Assembly: GCA_963707985.1 (NCBI GenBank)
Contig: CAVPRW010000005.1
Coordinates: forward strand, 32,001-96,000
Reading direction: 5' to 3'
Length of the DNA: 64,000 nucleotides
DNA from: an uncultured Nitrospinota bacterium
GTDB lineage: Bacteria; Tectomicrobia; Entotheonellia; J063; CAVPRW01
Part shown: piece by piece, positions 22,274 to 32,277 of the stretch
Numbering within the stretch: the first letter of the stretch is position 1
Layout of the letters: every line of letters begins with the position of its first letter
Translations under genes and position numbers: made by a program
The notes under the pieces: generated by a model
The model's input: only the letters and a program-made list of their open reading frames with translations
Told to the model about the DNA's origin: nothing
Database searches by the model: none

Positions 22274-22549
22274 TCACAGCTTGTCGGGATATATCCGCGG
22301 CGGCGGACGATCAGTCACGCGTCGCAAGACATCTCGCGAAAATAATGCCAGTGGCAGGATCTGGCGCTGTTTGGCCAGAACCTCTTCAATCGTATTACCA
22401 TCACTGACAATGTTGTCGCCCGAAGCGAGAACAGTTTCAGCGGTATGGATAAAGCCGCCATTTTTCTTAGGATACCGATAGACACGTGTCATATAGGTCT
22501 TCTCGGCGCATTGCAGCATACGGCTACCCACTAAATGCATACTGGACAT
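22274..22549 (-). CDS. Small hypothetical protein (91 aa, weak HicB-like pattern), first gene after a sigma54 promoter
   Basis: GGAGG 9 nt before ATG 22549; SDGNTIEEVL motif. Confidence 0.6.
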   Translation of the reverse strand: MSSMHLVGSRMLQCAEKTYMTRVYRYPKKNGGFIHTAETVLASGDNIVSDGNTIEEVLAKQRQILPLALFSRDVLRRVTDRPPPRIYPDKL

Positions 22550-22618
22550 ATCCGAGCACCTCCTGTCCATGCTGCTTTACATCTGTGACACGATGAGCAT
22601 CTACATATCTTATCTCCA

Positions 22619-22634
22619 AGCAAAAATAGTGCCG
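22619..22634 (-). promoter_or_regulatory. sigma54 (-24/-12) promoter
   Basis: Minus strand CGGCAC-TATTT-TTGCT (GG-N10-GC), with an AT-rich tract upstream. Confidence 0.75.
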
Positions 22635-22783
22635 TAGAATGCCAAAAAATCATCATTGATATAATAAATTAACTATGATTATTTTTGATCTTCTATGACA
22701 ATTATGGTAATTTTGTGCCATGTCTGTGTGAGTGAGCCGCATCAACATAGCGCCGTACTAGGCGAACTGTCTAGCGGGCGAAG

Positions 22784-22801
22784 TGCACAATGTTTTGGGC
22801 A
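22784..22801. promoter_or_regulatory. Putative enhancer (bEBP binding) palindrome
   Basis: TGCACAATGTTTTGGGCA; 14/18 identical to 27306-27323. Confidence 0.55.
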
Positions 22802-22831
22802 TTGCTAGCCATGACGTTTGGGAGCGGTTTT

Positions 22832-24759
22832 TCAGCTTTCATTGTGGAGGGGTAGGAGAATGGTGAAGGTGGACCCGATGCCAAATTGGCTCTCCACATG
22901 CAGATGTCCCTGGTGTTCTTCGATAATCTTGTGCGTCAGGGCGAGGCCGAGGCCTGTCCCTTTCTCCTTTGTGGTGAAGAATGGCGTGAACAGTGAATCG
23001 AGTTGTTCGGGGGTCATCCCTGTGCCTGTGTCTGCCAGTGTGATGAACACAAACGCCTGAGCGGAATCAGCGGCTGTACCGAGGTCGACATGTACCGTCG
23101 TCTCGCCCAGGGTAGATTGCCAGGGCACTCCATGGCCCGTGCGAATGGTCAACTTTCCCCCTACTGTCATGGCTTGAATGGCATTAATGGCCAAATTGCC
23201 CACGGCACGCGACAGATATTCCGGATCAGCCCGTACATGTGCAAGTCCTGGGGTGAGTTCTTGGACAATGGTAATACCGCGATCCGCAGCTTGTTCCTCA
23301 TAGAGTGCTACGCAACGGGCGATGATCTGATGGATATGAAGCAACCGCGGAGAAAGACGCGGTGGTCGACTCAATTCGAGCAACTCCTCCATGATGGCGT
23401 TCACACGATCGACCTCTCTAGGGACAATGTCCTGGAAACGGGAGATAAAGGCCGGATCCTTGGCCCTACGTGGAACCATATCGACGAACGTTTTCAACGC
23501 TACAAGCGGATTCTTGATCTCATGGGCTACCATAGCGGCCATACGCCCAACTGCAGCCAGGCGGTCAGCCCGTCGCAATCGTTGTTCCAACTCGCGCACC
23601 AGAGAGAGATCGCGGAAAATGCCGAGCAGCCCAGTGGTCTGCCCGGTCTCGTCCTCAAGCAGGCTGGTGTTGATCTCAATTGGGACCTCACGACCATCGG
23701 GACGGACGAACGACACGCCCCGGTCCCACCACACGTGCTTTCCCTGGATGCCATCAAGGAGTAGCCGCAGAAATGAAGGATTGCTATCAAACAGTTCTCG
23801 ACAAAGTTGCCCCTCAACTTCGTCGACCGCATACCCGGTAATGCGCGCCGCCATGTCATTCCACTTGACGATACGTCCCTCCATGTTCAGGGTCACCAAG
23901 CCATTGGTCATCGAGGCAAGGATACGGGCAGTATACCGTTCCAGATTTGACACCTCCCGCAACTGGGCATCAAGTTCGCGATTGGCTTCTTGCAAGGCCG
24001 CCTGCTGGCCTTGCAAGTCGTTCGTCATGCGATTGAACGTCGTTGCCAACTCGCCGATCTCATCCGCCGAGCGCACATCGATGCGATGCGCCAGATCACC
24101 TCCAGCCACGGCCACAGGCTCCAGCCCGCAATTGCTCGAGCGGCGAGGTGATCCGGCGCGCCAAGATCAACGCGGCGAGACACCCGACCAAGGCGGCGAC
24201 GATGCCGAAGATAAAGATGGTGAGTCGCGTCCGCTGAATTTCCCCATACATTCCCTGCAGTGAGATGGCGACGCGTACCGTGCCCCATTTATCGCGCTCG
24301 TCGGTTGGAAACACTGGGATCGCCACCTCGACGATATTCCCCTGACGTGGATCGACCCCGGCCTGGATGAGCGGCTCACTGGCCTTCCAAGGCCTTCTGG
24401 CTGATTGGGTCTGTGAGACGCTGCCCCTGCAGATCACTGCGCCGGCTGTGTGCGGCCACGTGCCCTTCGCGGTCGAGGATGATGACATAGACCACGTCCT
24501 CCTCGCGCGCCAGGCGTCCGACTTGTTGCTCCAGCAGGACATAGTTATAGGTCACCAGCGCGTTGGTGCTGACCGCTGCCAGATTCTGGGCGATCGTCAT
24601 GCCGCGTTTGCGCACCTGCGCCTCGATGGCCTTACGTTCACGGTACTCGACGACGATCATCATGACCGCCGTCAGCAGCACCACTAAGCACACCACCGAC
24701 ACGGCTAGCTTGGTGCGAAGGCGCATGTTGCGGAAAGTGCATGCCTTGCCCGACCTCAC
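22832..24759 (-). CDS. Membrane sensor histidine kinase (TM-periplasmic domain-TM-HAMP-PAS-HisKA-HATPase; indels near 24385 and 24120)
   Basis: DEIGELATTFNRM (HAMP), VAHEIKNPL, NLAINAIQAM, DTGTG, FTPFFTTKEKGTGLGL. Confidence 0.9.
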
Positions 24760-26461
24760 TTCCCGCCACTCGTCTTCCCGGTCTGCTTCAACCAGACCTT
24801 GCGAAGGGAGACATATGGATCGCCAAGGGCGCTGACCACAACCCCTTCGACGTACGGTTGGAACACGCTTTCATACGTGTAGTGCAGCAGCATCACGGCC
24901 GGCGCATCGTTCAGGATGAGCTGCTCAGCCTCCCGATAGAGCTTGACGCGGCGCAGATCGTCGGTTTCTCTGCGTGCGTCGTCTAAGAGCTTATCCACCG
25001 TGGGGTTATGATATCGGTAATAGTTCCGTTGGCCTGCAGAGTGAAAAAGAGGATAGAGGAAGTTATCCGGATCTGGGTAATCGGCATACCATGAATAGCG
25101 GAATAGCTGGACATCCCCCTGCTCTAAGGCCCCTCGGAAGGTTGGCCAATCATCGAATTCCTGCACGTCCACCTGGATGCTCCGAGAACTGCCAGATAGT
25201 GTTGGATGATTTGAGACTCCGCGCGTACCTCGACTGATTTCGCTGCGGTTGACAGTGTCACGGGTGCCAGATTGTTTCTCACCCGAATGGCCCGCCTCCG
25301 CTAATAGCGTCTTAGCTCTAGCTGGATCATAGTCGTAACCCTGCACCTCAGGGCTATATCCTGGCATGCCCGGCGGTAGAATGCCTCGGGCCACCACGTA
25401 AAGCCCCCCATAGACCTCCTGGTTAAGACGGACCTTATCGATGGCATAGTTGAATGCCTGCCGTACTTCTCGCTTCTGAAACGGGGGACGCTCAAGGTTG
25501 AACCCGATAGAGCAGGAGGCTGAGGGTCGGTTTTCGGATGACTTTATACGTCACCGCTTCAAGGAATTCCTTCCGCCGGTCCGGAGTCAGGGGGCTCTCC
25601 TCCAGTTCTCCTTGCTCAAAGGCTTTTAGCATAACGCCTTGTGTATTCCCTGGAAAGATGACAAAGCGGACGCGATCCAGGGCTGGCCGTCCCCCAAAAT
25701 AGTGTTTGTTGGTCTCGAGAAGGATTTCCTGTCCCCGCACCCACCGCACGAAGCGAAAAGGACCAGTGCCCACAGGCGCTGTTCCAAAGTCTGGACCCAA
25801 CCGTTCAACTTCGTCCCGGGGCACGATAGATGTATGGGCCATGCCGAGGATGCTGATGAAGGGGACAAAGGGCTCGGAGAGGGAAACTTCTACGGTATAG
25901 CGATCGATGGCCTTGATCCCTTCGAGCACTTTCGTTGTGCCAGCCCTGAAACTCGGCCGCCCCCTTCACTTTATCCAAAAGCAGACTACTGGGCGAACCC
26001 ACGGCGGGATCGAGCAATCGGGAGAGCGAGTATACAACATCCTCGGCGGTCATTTCTCGCCCGTTGTGGAACTGCACACCTTTGCGAAGATGAAAGGTCC
26101 AGACGAGGCCGTCACGCGACGCAGACCAGGATTGAGCCAGGGCGGGCACCACGTTGAGGTGAGCATCAAACGCCACCAGGCCATCAAAAATCTGGTTGGC
26201 AACGGCTACCCCATACACATCAGCGATCTTGGCTGGATCGAGGCTGGAGGGATCCTGTCCCAAAGGCCGTCGATAAGTACCCCCGATGGCTGGCACTTGC
26301 GTCGCTTGCGATGAGGCCTCGCGTGGCCGCATAGTTTCATTCGGCTCGTCACAGGCAGAGATGGCGAGAGTCACCGCCATCAACAGAGATACGCCGATGA
26401 ACCGCCGCGAGGAGCGCCGGGCCTGTGAGAGCTTTGCGATGACGCGGCGTGCCGTTCTCAT
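24756..26461 (-). CDS. Family 5 (OppA/DppA-like) solute-binding lipoprotein, orphan; several indels
   Basis: Lipobox AISAC; SLDPA, LAQSW, FHLRKGVQFHNG..MTAEDVVYS, PVGTGPF, WYADYPDPDNFL; stop overlaps the kinase start. Confidence 0.88.
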
Positions 26462-26708
26462 GACCCCATTGAGCGACCTGTGTCTCGGCAAGCAAATGGT
26501 GAACGATTGCGTCTCTCCAAAGCTACTGCTTTTTTCACCGAACCGGCCTCACTGATGCTGCTGAGAGGTCCTCGCTTTCATACCGCCCCCCTCAGAGGGG
26601 CAGATGACACAAATTCTCCCTAAGATTGGCATAAAGAGCGGAAAAAATCAACAAACTCTGCGGCCCATCCGTGAGCAGCCTGGTTGCGAAGGTCACTGTC
26701 TGAGAACA

Positions 26709-26744
26709 GCAAAAGGGTAAGGGATTCTTCCCTCACCCTTTTGC
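26709..26744 (-). terminator. Rho-independent terminator-like hairpin downstream of the small peptide gene
   Basis: Minus strand GCAAAAGGGTGAGGGA-AGAA-TCCCTTACCCTTTTGC. Confidence 0.7.
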
Positions 26745-26874
26745 AAAGGGGCTGAGTCTTGACATTACATCACTACAATCTTCTTGATCATCAACCACTG
26801 CACCTGATACAAGCCCATCGTCACTGCGACGAATGCGGCTCATAACACCGTAGTCGACTCAGGGACTTGTGTTG

Positions 26875-26995
26875 TTAGTCGCCGCCGTCAGCAGAAGCGC
26901 TGCTGGTAAACTGGCCAGCTGGTGAAGGTCGTTGCCGAGATGCCGGATACGATAATGGCCGCCGAAATCATGAGGGCGATGATCACTTTACGCAT
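26875..26995 (-). CDS. Small secreted peptide precursor (35 aa as read; 39 aa ending ASA-DGGD if one extra C is an error)
   Basis: GGAGG RBS; MRKVIIALMISAAIIVSGISA signal-like N-terminus; own sigma54 promoter and terminator; below the ORF-track size cutoff. Confidence 0.75.
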
Positions 26996-27116
26996 GTGTC
27001 TGTCCTCCATCAAGGGTGTGAGGTCATTGCTGTTTGATCAGCCATGTCAGAGGGGCATTGCCCCTAGAATTGCCATCGATGCCACTGCTTATCGATGAAC
27101 ACTGCTTATGGGATAA

Positions 27117-27133
27117 CGCAAGGACGATGCCAA
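27117..27133 (-). promoter_or_regulatory. sigma54 (-24/-12) promoter of the peptide gene
   Basis: Minus strand TTGGCAT-CGTCC-TTGCG (GG-N10-GC). Confidence 0.75.
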
Positions 27134-27302
27134 CATCTGCATGGCAGCGAGCGCACTCGTGCAAGTGGGCGTCAGTCGCATGTTTGCGGACACGTCATGC
27201 GTGCTCATTGGAGGTATACGACGAAATGGGCCTGCACGAAAATACAGGCAATCATAGGTGAGATAGTAGGCGGTAATGGCTTACTTCACGATATCTTGAC
27301 GA

Positions 27303-27326
27303 CTATGCATAATTATTTGTGCATAG
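27303..27326. promoter_or_regulatory. Putative enhancer palindrome (weaker second copy at 27233-27250)
   Basis: CTATGCATAATTATTTGTGCATAG; second copy TGCACGAAAATACAGGCA. Confidence 0.55.
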
Positions 27327-27502
27327 TGCCCTCTGAAATCATGCACTGTCCTTGAGTATGAGAGTTGACTAATATATTAGTATCATTGAAGTCAGATAAA
27401 GCATGTGATATATAATTGATATACTAAAGGACTAACGAGGCATTTGGAGTGGCAGGGTCATTGAGTGCGCGGAAGAAACGTGAGTACTAGAGGAAAGGTG
27501 TT

Positions 27503-28876
27503 CTAACGCAGGTCAAGCTGCTCGATCTTCCCCAACAGAGTATTCCGATGAATACCTAGCATACGGGCAGCTATCGTTTGATTCCAATGGGTCTTCTCGA
27601 GAACACGACGGATATATTCACGCTCGAATTGCTGCACCGCTTTGCGTAGATCATACCCTTCCTCTTCCACCGGCTCGACCAGCGGAGTGTGCGACGACTG
27701 GAGGTCGAGGGGGAGATCTCGGAGCTGGATGGTTTCATGCTTGCTGATCACCACCAGGCGTTCGACGATGTTCTCTAATTCCCGCACGTTTCCAGGCCAG
27801 TCGTAGGCTTGTAGCGCATCCATAGCCGCCAGTGAGAAGCCCCGCACTTGGCGGTTAAATTGCCGGTTATATTTGGCTAGGAAGGATTGAATCAAGAGTA
27901 CGATATCACCCTTGCGGGACCGGAGAGGTGGCACAAACACTGGGATGACATTCAAGCGATAGTACAGATCATCACGGAAGGCTTTGGTCTTGACCAGTTC
28001 GCGCAGATCCGCATTGGTCGCCGCCACGATGCGTACGTCGACCTTGATCGTGCGCTCACCCCCGACCCGCTCGATCTCACGCTCCTGGAGCGCACGCAGG
28101 AGCTTGGTCTGCATGTCGAGTCGCATACTGCCGATCTCGTCGAGAAGCAGGGTGCCACTGTGCGCCAGCTCGAATTTCCCGATCCGCCGCTGGACGGCCC
28201 CCGTAAAGGCGCCGCGCTCGTGCCCGAAGAGCTCGCTCTCGATCAGGTGTTCGGGGATCGCCGTACAATTGACGGCCACGAAAGGTCTCTGGCTCCGGCG
28301 GCTCTGCCGATGGATGGCTCGGGCGATGAGCTCCTTGCCGGTGCCACTCTCCCCGGTGACCAGCACCGTCGCATCGCTATCGGCCACCTGCCCGACCAGA
28401 TCGAAGATCTCGACCATTTTCTCATCGCGTCCGACGATATCCACAAAAGAGTGATACCCTTCCACTTCGGACCTGAGATAGAGCACCTCTTTCATGAGCG
28501 CCTGTCTCTCCAATGTGCGTGAGACCACTCCCTGGAGTGTTTCGACATCGAATGGCTTGACGAGATACTCACTGGCCCCTGCCTGCATGGCCCGCACGGC
28601 CGTCTTGACATCACCCACCGCCGTCACCACAATGACCCCGAGATACTCATCCATCTCCTTAATGCGCTGGAGGACTTCCAAACCCTCCATGTCAGGCAAA
28701 CGGAGGTCCAGGATGACGAGACGAATATCCTCGTGGGCCACGACTTTGAGCGCAGCCGTACCATCTGAAACGGTGCGGACCTCACAGGTATCCTCCAGAA
28801 CGACCTTATAGGACTCCAGTACTCCAGGCTCGTCGTCGACCGCTAGCACAAGAGGTATGCTTGCCTCGGTCTGCAT
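27503..28876 (-). CDS. NtrC/AtoC-family sigma54-dependent response regulator (REC-AAA+-Fis HTH)
   Basis: AVDDE, LDLRLP, GESGTGKE, ELFGHERGAFTGA, WPGNVRELEN, AARMLGIHRNTL. Confidence 0.95.
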   Translation of the reverse strand: MQTEASIPLVLAVDDEPGVLESYKVVLEDTCEVRTVSDGTAALKVVAHEDIRLVILDLRLPDMEGLEVLQRIKEMDEYLGVIVVTAVGDVKTAVRAMQAGASEYLVKPFDVETLQGVVSRTLERQALMKEVLYLRSEVEGYHSFVDIVGRDEKMVEIFDLVGQVADSDATVLVTGESGTGKELIARAIHRQSRRSQRPFVAVNCTAIPEHLIESELFGHERGAFTGAVQRRIGKFELAHSGTLLLDEIGSMRLDMQTKLLRALQEREIERVGGERTIKVDVRIVAATNADLRELVKTKAFRDDLYYRLNVIPVFVPPLRSRKGDIVLLIQSFLAKYNRQFNRQVRGFSLAAMDALQAYDWPGNVRELENIVERLVVISKHETIQLRDLPLDLQSSHTPLVEPVEEEGYDLRKAVQQFEREYIRRVLEKTHWNQTIAARMLGIHRNTLLGKIEQLDLR

Positions 28877-28953
28877 ATGACTCTCTTTCCCATGCATCGA
28901 TGCCTGAGGAAGTCGTGGGCGATGCGATTGGAGCATGCCGCCCGGGGGATGTG

Positions 28954-29723
28954 CTATTGCCCCGTGGCGACCGCGGCCTGCTCCGTTGCCCGGCCTAGGT
29001 CGATGAAGATTTCTCTGTTGCCATGGGGGTGCGAACGAGGCGCGTCCACGGTCTGCAGCACGCGAAAGCCAGCATCTTCAGCAACGATCATGACGCGGCG
29101 CAGCACCAGCTCTCGGCAGCGAGGATCGCGCACGATCCCACCCCGACCGACATGGTCCGCTCCAACTTCAAATTGTGGTTTGACTAGCGCTACCACGCGT
29201 CCGAGAGGCTGTAGGAACGGGGGGAGTAGCGGAAACACAAGCGTGAGAGAAATGAAGGAGACATCAATGGTGATCAGATCAACCGCTTCGGGAAGCTCGG
29301 CTGCCTGAAACGTCCGCACGTTTCGCCCATCCAGGGCGATCACCCGCGCATCCTCGCGGAGCTTCGGCGCCAGCTGCTCTACCCCGACATCGAGAGCATA
29401 GACCCGCTGTGCACCCCGCTGCAGGAGGCAATCGACGAAGCCGCCGGTTGAGGCCCCGATATCCAAGGCCACCAGGCCTGTGACATCGACGCCAAAGGTC
29501 TGCAGCACTCGGCAAGTTTGAGTCCACCCCGGCTCACATACGGGAGCCCATCGCCACGGATTTCGACCTGACGCGGATCGGGCAGGGTGAGCGATGGCTT
29601 GCGACAGGGCTGGCCACGGACCCACACCTGTCCGCTCTCGATGAGCCACCGCGCACGGTTGCGTGTTTCCGCATAGCCATGCGTCACCAGCCACTGATCG
29701 AGACGCGAACCGCTCGCGGCCAT
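28954..29723 (-). CDS. tlyA: TlyA family rRNA methyltransferase (indel near 29510)
   Basis: S4 RLDQWLV, YVSRGGLKL, LDIGASTGGF, DVSFISL, VKPQFE, GNREIF. Confidence 0.9.
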
Positions 29724-30621
29724 TTACGACTCCCGCGCGATGATAAATTGCGCCAGGTCGCGCAGCACGTCTCCCCGTTCCGCCGAGGGGATCCAGCGCA
29801 GCAATGCCGGCAGTCACGGCAGCCTGCGCCCGCACCTCGGATTCGGGTCAGGCCCACCAGGCGTGGGTAGGTGGCTTTGCGTCGCTCGTCGTCCTTGCGT
29901 AAGGCCTTGCCCATGAGTTGTTCATCGCCTCGCACATCAAGGATGTCATCCATGATCTGAAACGCCAACCCGATATGCGTGCCGTAGTCGGTGAGAGCCT
30001 CCACTGCAGCCGGCGAACCACCGCTGAGGATCGCCCCGCAGCGTACGGAGGTGCGGATCAGCGCGCCGGTTTTGTGGGCGTGCATGTACTGCAGCGCCGG
30101 CAGATCGATGTCCTGTCCCTCCATCTGCTAGGTCGACGACTTGGCCGCCGATCATCCCGAAGGTGCCGATGGCATAGGCGACTTCGTGCATCACTTGCAC
30201 CACACGCTCCGGCACAAACCGTTGCCAATGCCGTCCATTGCCCATCAGTTCAAAGGCAAAGGTCAGCAGGGCATCCCCGGCCAGAATGGCGTTTGCCTCG
30301 CCGAAGACTTTATGGTTGGTCAACCGACCTCGCCGGTAATCGTCGTTATCCAAGCGCTGGGAGGTCATCGTGAATGAGTGAATAGGTATGGATGCACTCC
30401 AGCGCACAGGCGAGCGGGAGCACATCGGCGGCTGTCCCCCCAAGCGCTTCGGCAGCGGCGATGGCCAGGATCGGCCGCAGCCGCTTGCCCCCGGCAAACA
30501 CGCTATACCGCATGGCCTGAAAGATGGCTGGAGGGTAGTGCTCTTCTCCCGGGAGATAGCGAGCTAACGCCTCATCAACGAGCACTTTCTGCTCCTGTAA
30601 GTAGCGCAGGATATCGACCAT
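29724..30621 (-). CDS. ispA: Farnesyl/geranylgeranyl diphosphate synthase (several indels)
   Basis: GGKRLRP, HTYSLIHDDLP, DDYRRG, GLAFQIMDDILD, KATYP. Confidence 0.9.
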
Positions 30622-30639
30622 GGTCGTTCCTTCCCCGGC

Positions 30640-30900
30640 TCACGGGCGCTCGGCGGCGCCCGTGGGATCCTCGGATTCCTCGGGAAATGGCTCGACACGC
30701 AACTGTCCCTCTTTGTCGGCCAGCAAGATCTCGATACGGCGCTCGGCTTCATCCAAGCGACTCGCACAGAAACGCACCAGCTTTACCCCTTCCTCGAAGA
30801 CTTGCAGGGATTGCTCAAGAGCGAGCTTATTGCCTTCGAGCTGGGTGACGATCTCCTCCAGACGCTTCAACGACTCCTCAAATGTCGGTTCTTGCATCAC
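30640..30900 (-). CDS. xseB: Exodeoxyribonuclease VII small subunit
   Basis: TFEESLKRLEEIVTQLE...LEQSLQVFEEGVKL. Confidence 0.95.
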   Translation of the reverse strand: MMQEPTFEESLKRLEEIVTQLEGNKLALEQSLQVFEEGVKLVRFCASRLDEAERRIEILLADKEGQLRVEPFPEESEDPTGAAERP

Positions 30901-32268
30901 CCGATCCTTTCGTCATCACGGCGTTGACCGTGCACTGTAGGGAGCCTTGCCAGAGCGTGATTTCGACGTGCATTCCGGGCGCCGTGTCCTGCGCCTCGCG
31001 AATCACCCGTCCGTCGGCCTGATGACGACAAATGCTGTAGCCACGGCCGAGCACCGCCAGTGGACTCAACGCCTGCAAGGTCGCCGTCAGGCGTTCGAGC
31101 TCTTCGCGCTCGTGATGTATCTGCCCCCCCTGGGCCGCAATCAAGCGTTGCTCCAGGGCGGTCAAGCGTGCGCGCAGAAAGCCAACCCGCATCAGCGGAC
31201 TGAGATGGGCGATGGCCGCTTCACCACGCTCCAGTGCCTCCTGCGCGAGATGCAGACGGGCATGGATGGCACGGGCAAGGCGGGCGTTGAGCTCGTCGAG
31301 GCGCTGCTCGATGGTGTGCAGCGGCGCCCACGGATCTTTGAGGACCCGGCGCTGCTGACACGCCTCCAGGCGGGCCCGCAGCGCCTCCAGGCGGTGCTGC
31401 ATGCCGCGCTCGAGCCGTTGCGCCATCGACTGTAACTCGGCGTGCAGCTCCGATTTATTGCGGATCACCAGTTCTGCCGCCGCTGAGGGAGTGGGAGCCC
31501 GTACGTCGGCGACGAAGTCGGCGATGGTATAATCGATTTCATGCCCGACGGCACTGATCACGGGGACCTTGGAGACATAGATGGCCCGTGCCACCCTCTC
31601 CTCATTAAACGCCCACAGGTCTTCGATCGAGCCCCCCCCGCGTGCCACGATGATCACATCGATGCCAGGGTAACGGTTCAACACCTCAATCCCCTGGGTG
31701 ATCTCTTCTGCAGCTCCATCCCCCTGGACCCGGACGGGATAGACGCAGACGTGAAGATTGGTGAAACGCCGGCGCAAAATCTGCAGCATGTCACGAATCA
31801 CCGCACCGGTCGGCGAGGTGACGATCCCGAGACAGCGGGGGAGCATGGGCAGTGGTCGTTTACGGGAGGCATCGAACAACCCCTCCTGCGCCAGGCGAAC
31901 CTTTAATTGCTCGAAGGCAATCTGCAACGCCCCAATGCCCTTGGGCTCCATGTAGTCAATGACCAACTGGTATTCCCCACGTGGCTCATACAGGGAAATC
32001 CGCCCGCGGGCAAGCACCAGCATACCGTCTCTAGGGTCGAAGCGCAGATACCGCCGCTGCATTTTAAACACCACGGCGCGAATTTGACTGTGCTCATCTT
32101 TGAGCGTCAGGTAGGAATGTCCCGAGGCAGGGCGTCCGCAGGTTGGAGATTTCACCCTCAACCCAGATGTCGAAGAAAGGTGTCCTCAAGGACGATTTTG
32201 ATCCGTTCGCTCAGCTCACTGACGGTGAGGATGGTACGTTCAAGAAACGGGAAGGCTGCCTGCTCCAT
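30878..32268 (-). CDS. xseA: Exodeoxyribonuclease VII large subunit (indels near 32130-32170)
   Basis: LTVSEL, SGHSYLTLKD, VTSPTGAVIRD, ARGGGSIEDLWAFN, SAVGHEID, RAPTPSAAAE. Confidence 0.93.
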
Positions 32269-32277
32269 GACGAGCAC

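Noticed and set aside
26733..26843. Second small minus-strand ORF (MSRIRRSDDG..., 36 aa) after the peptide gene
   Set aside because: No RBS or signal peptide, and it runs into the terminator hairpin.
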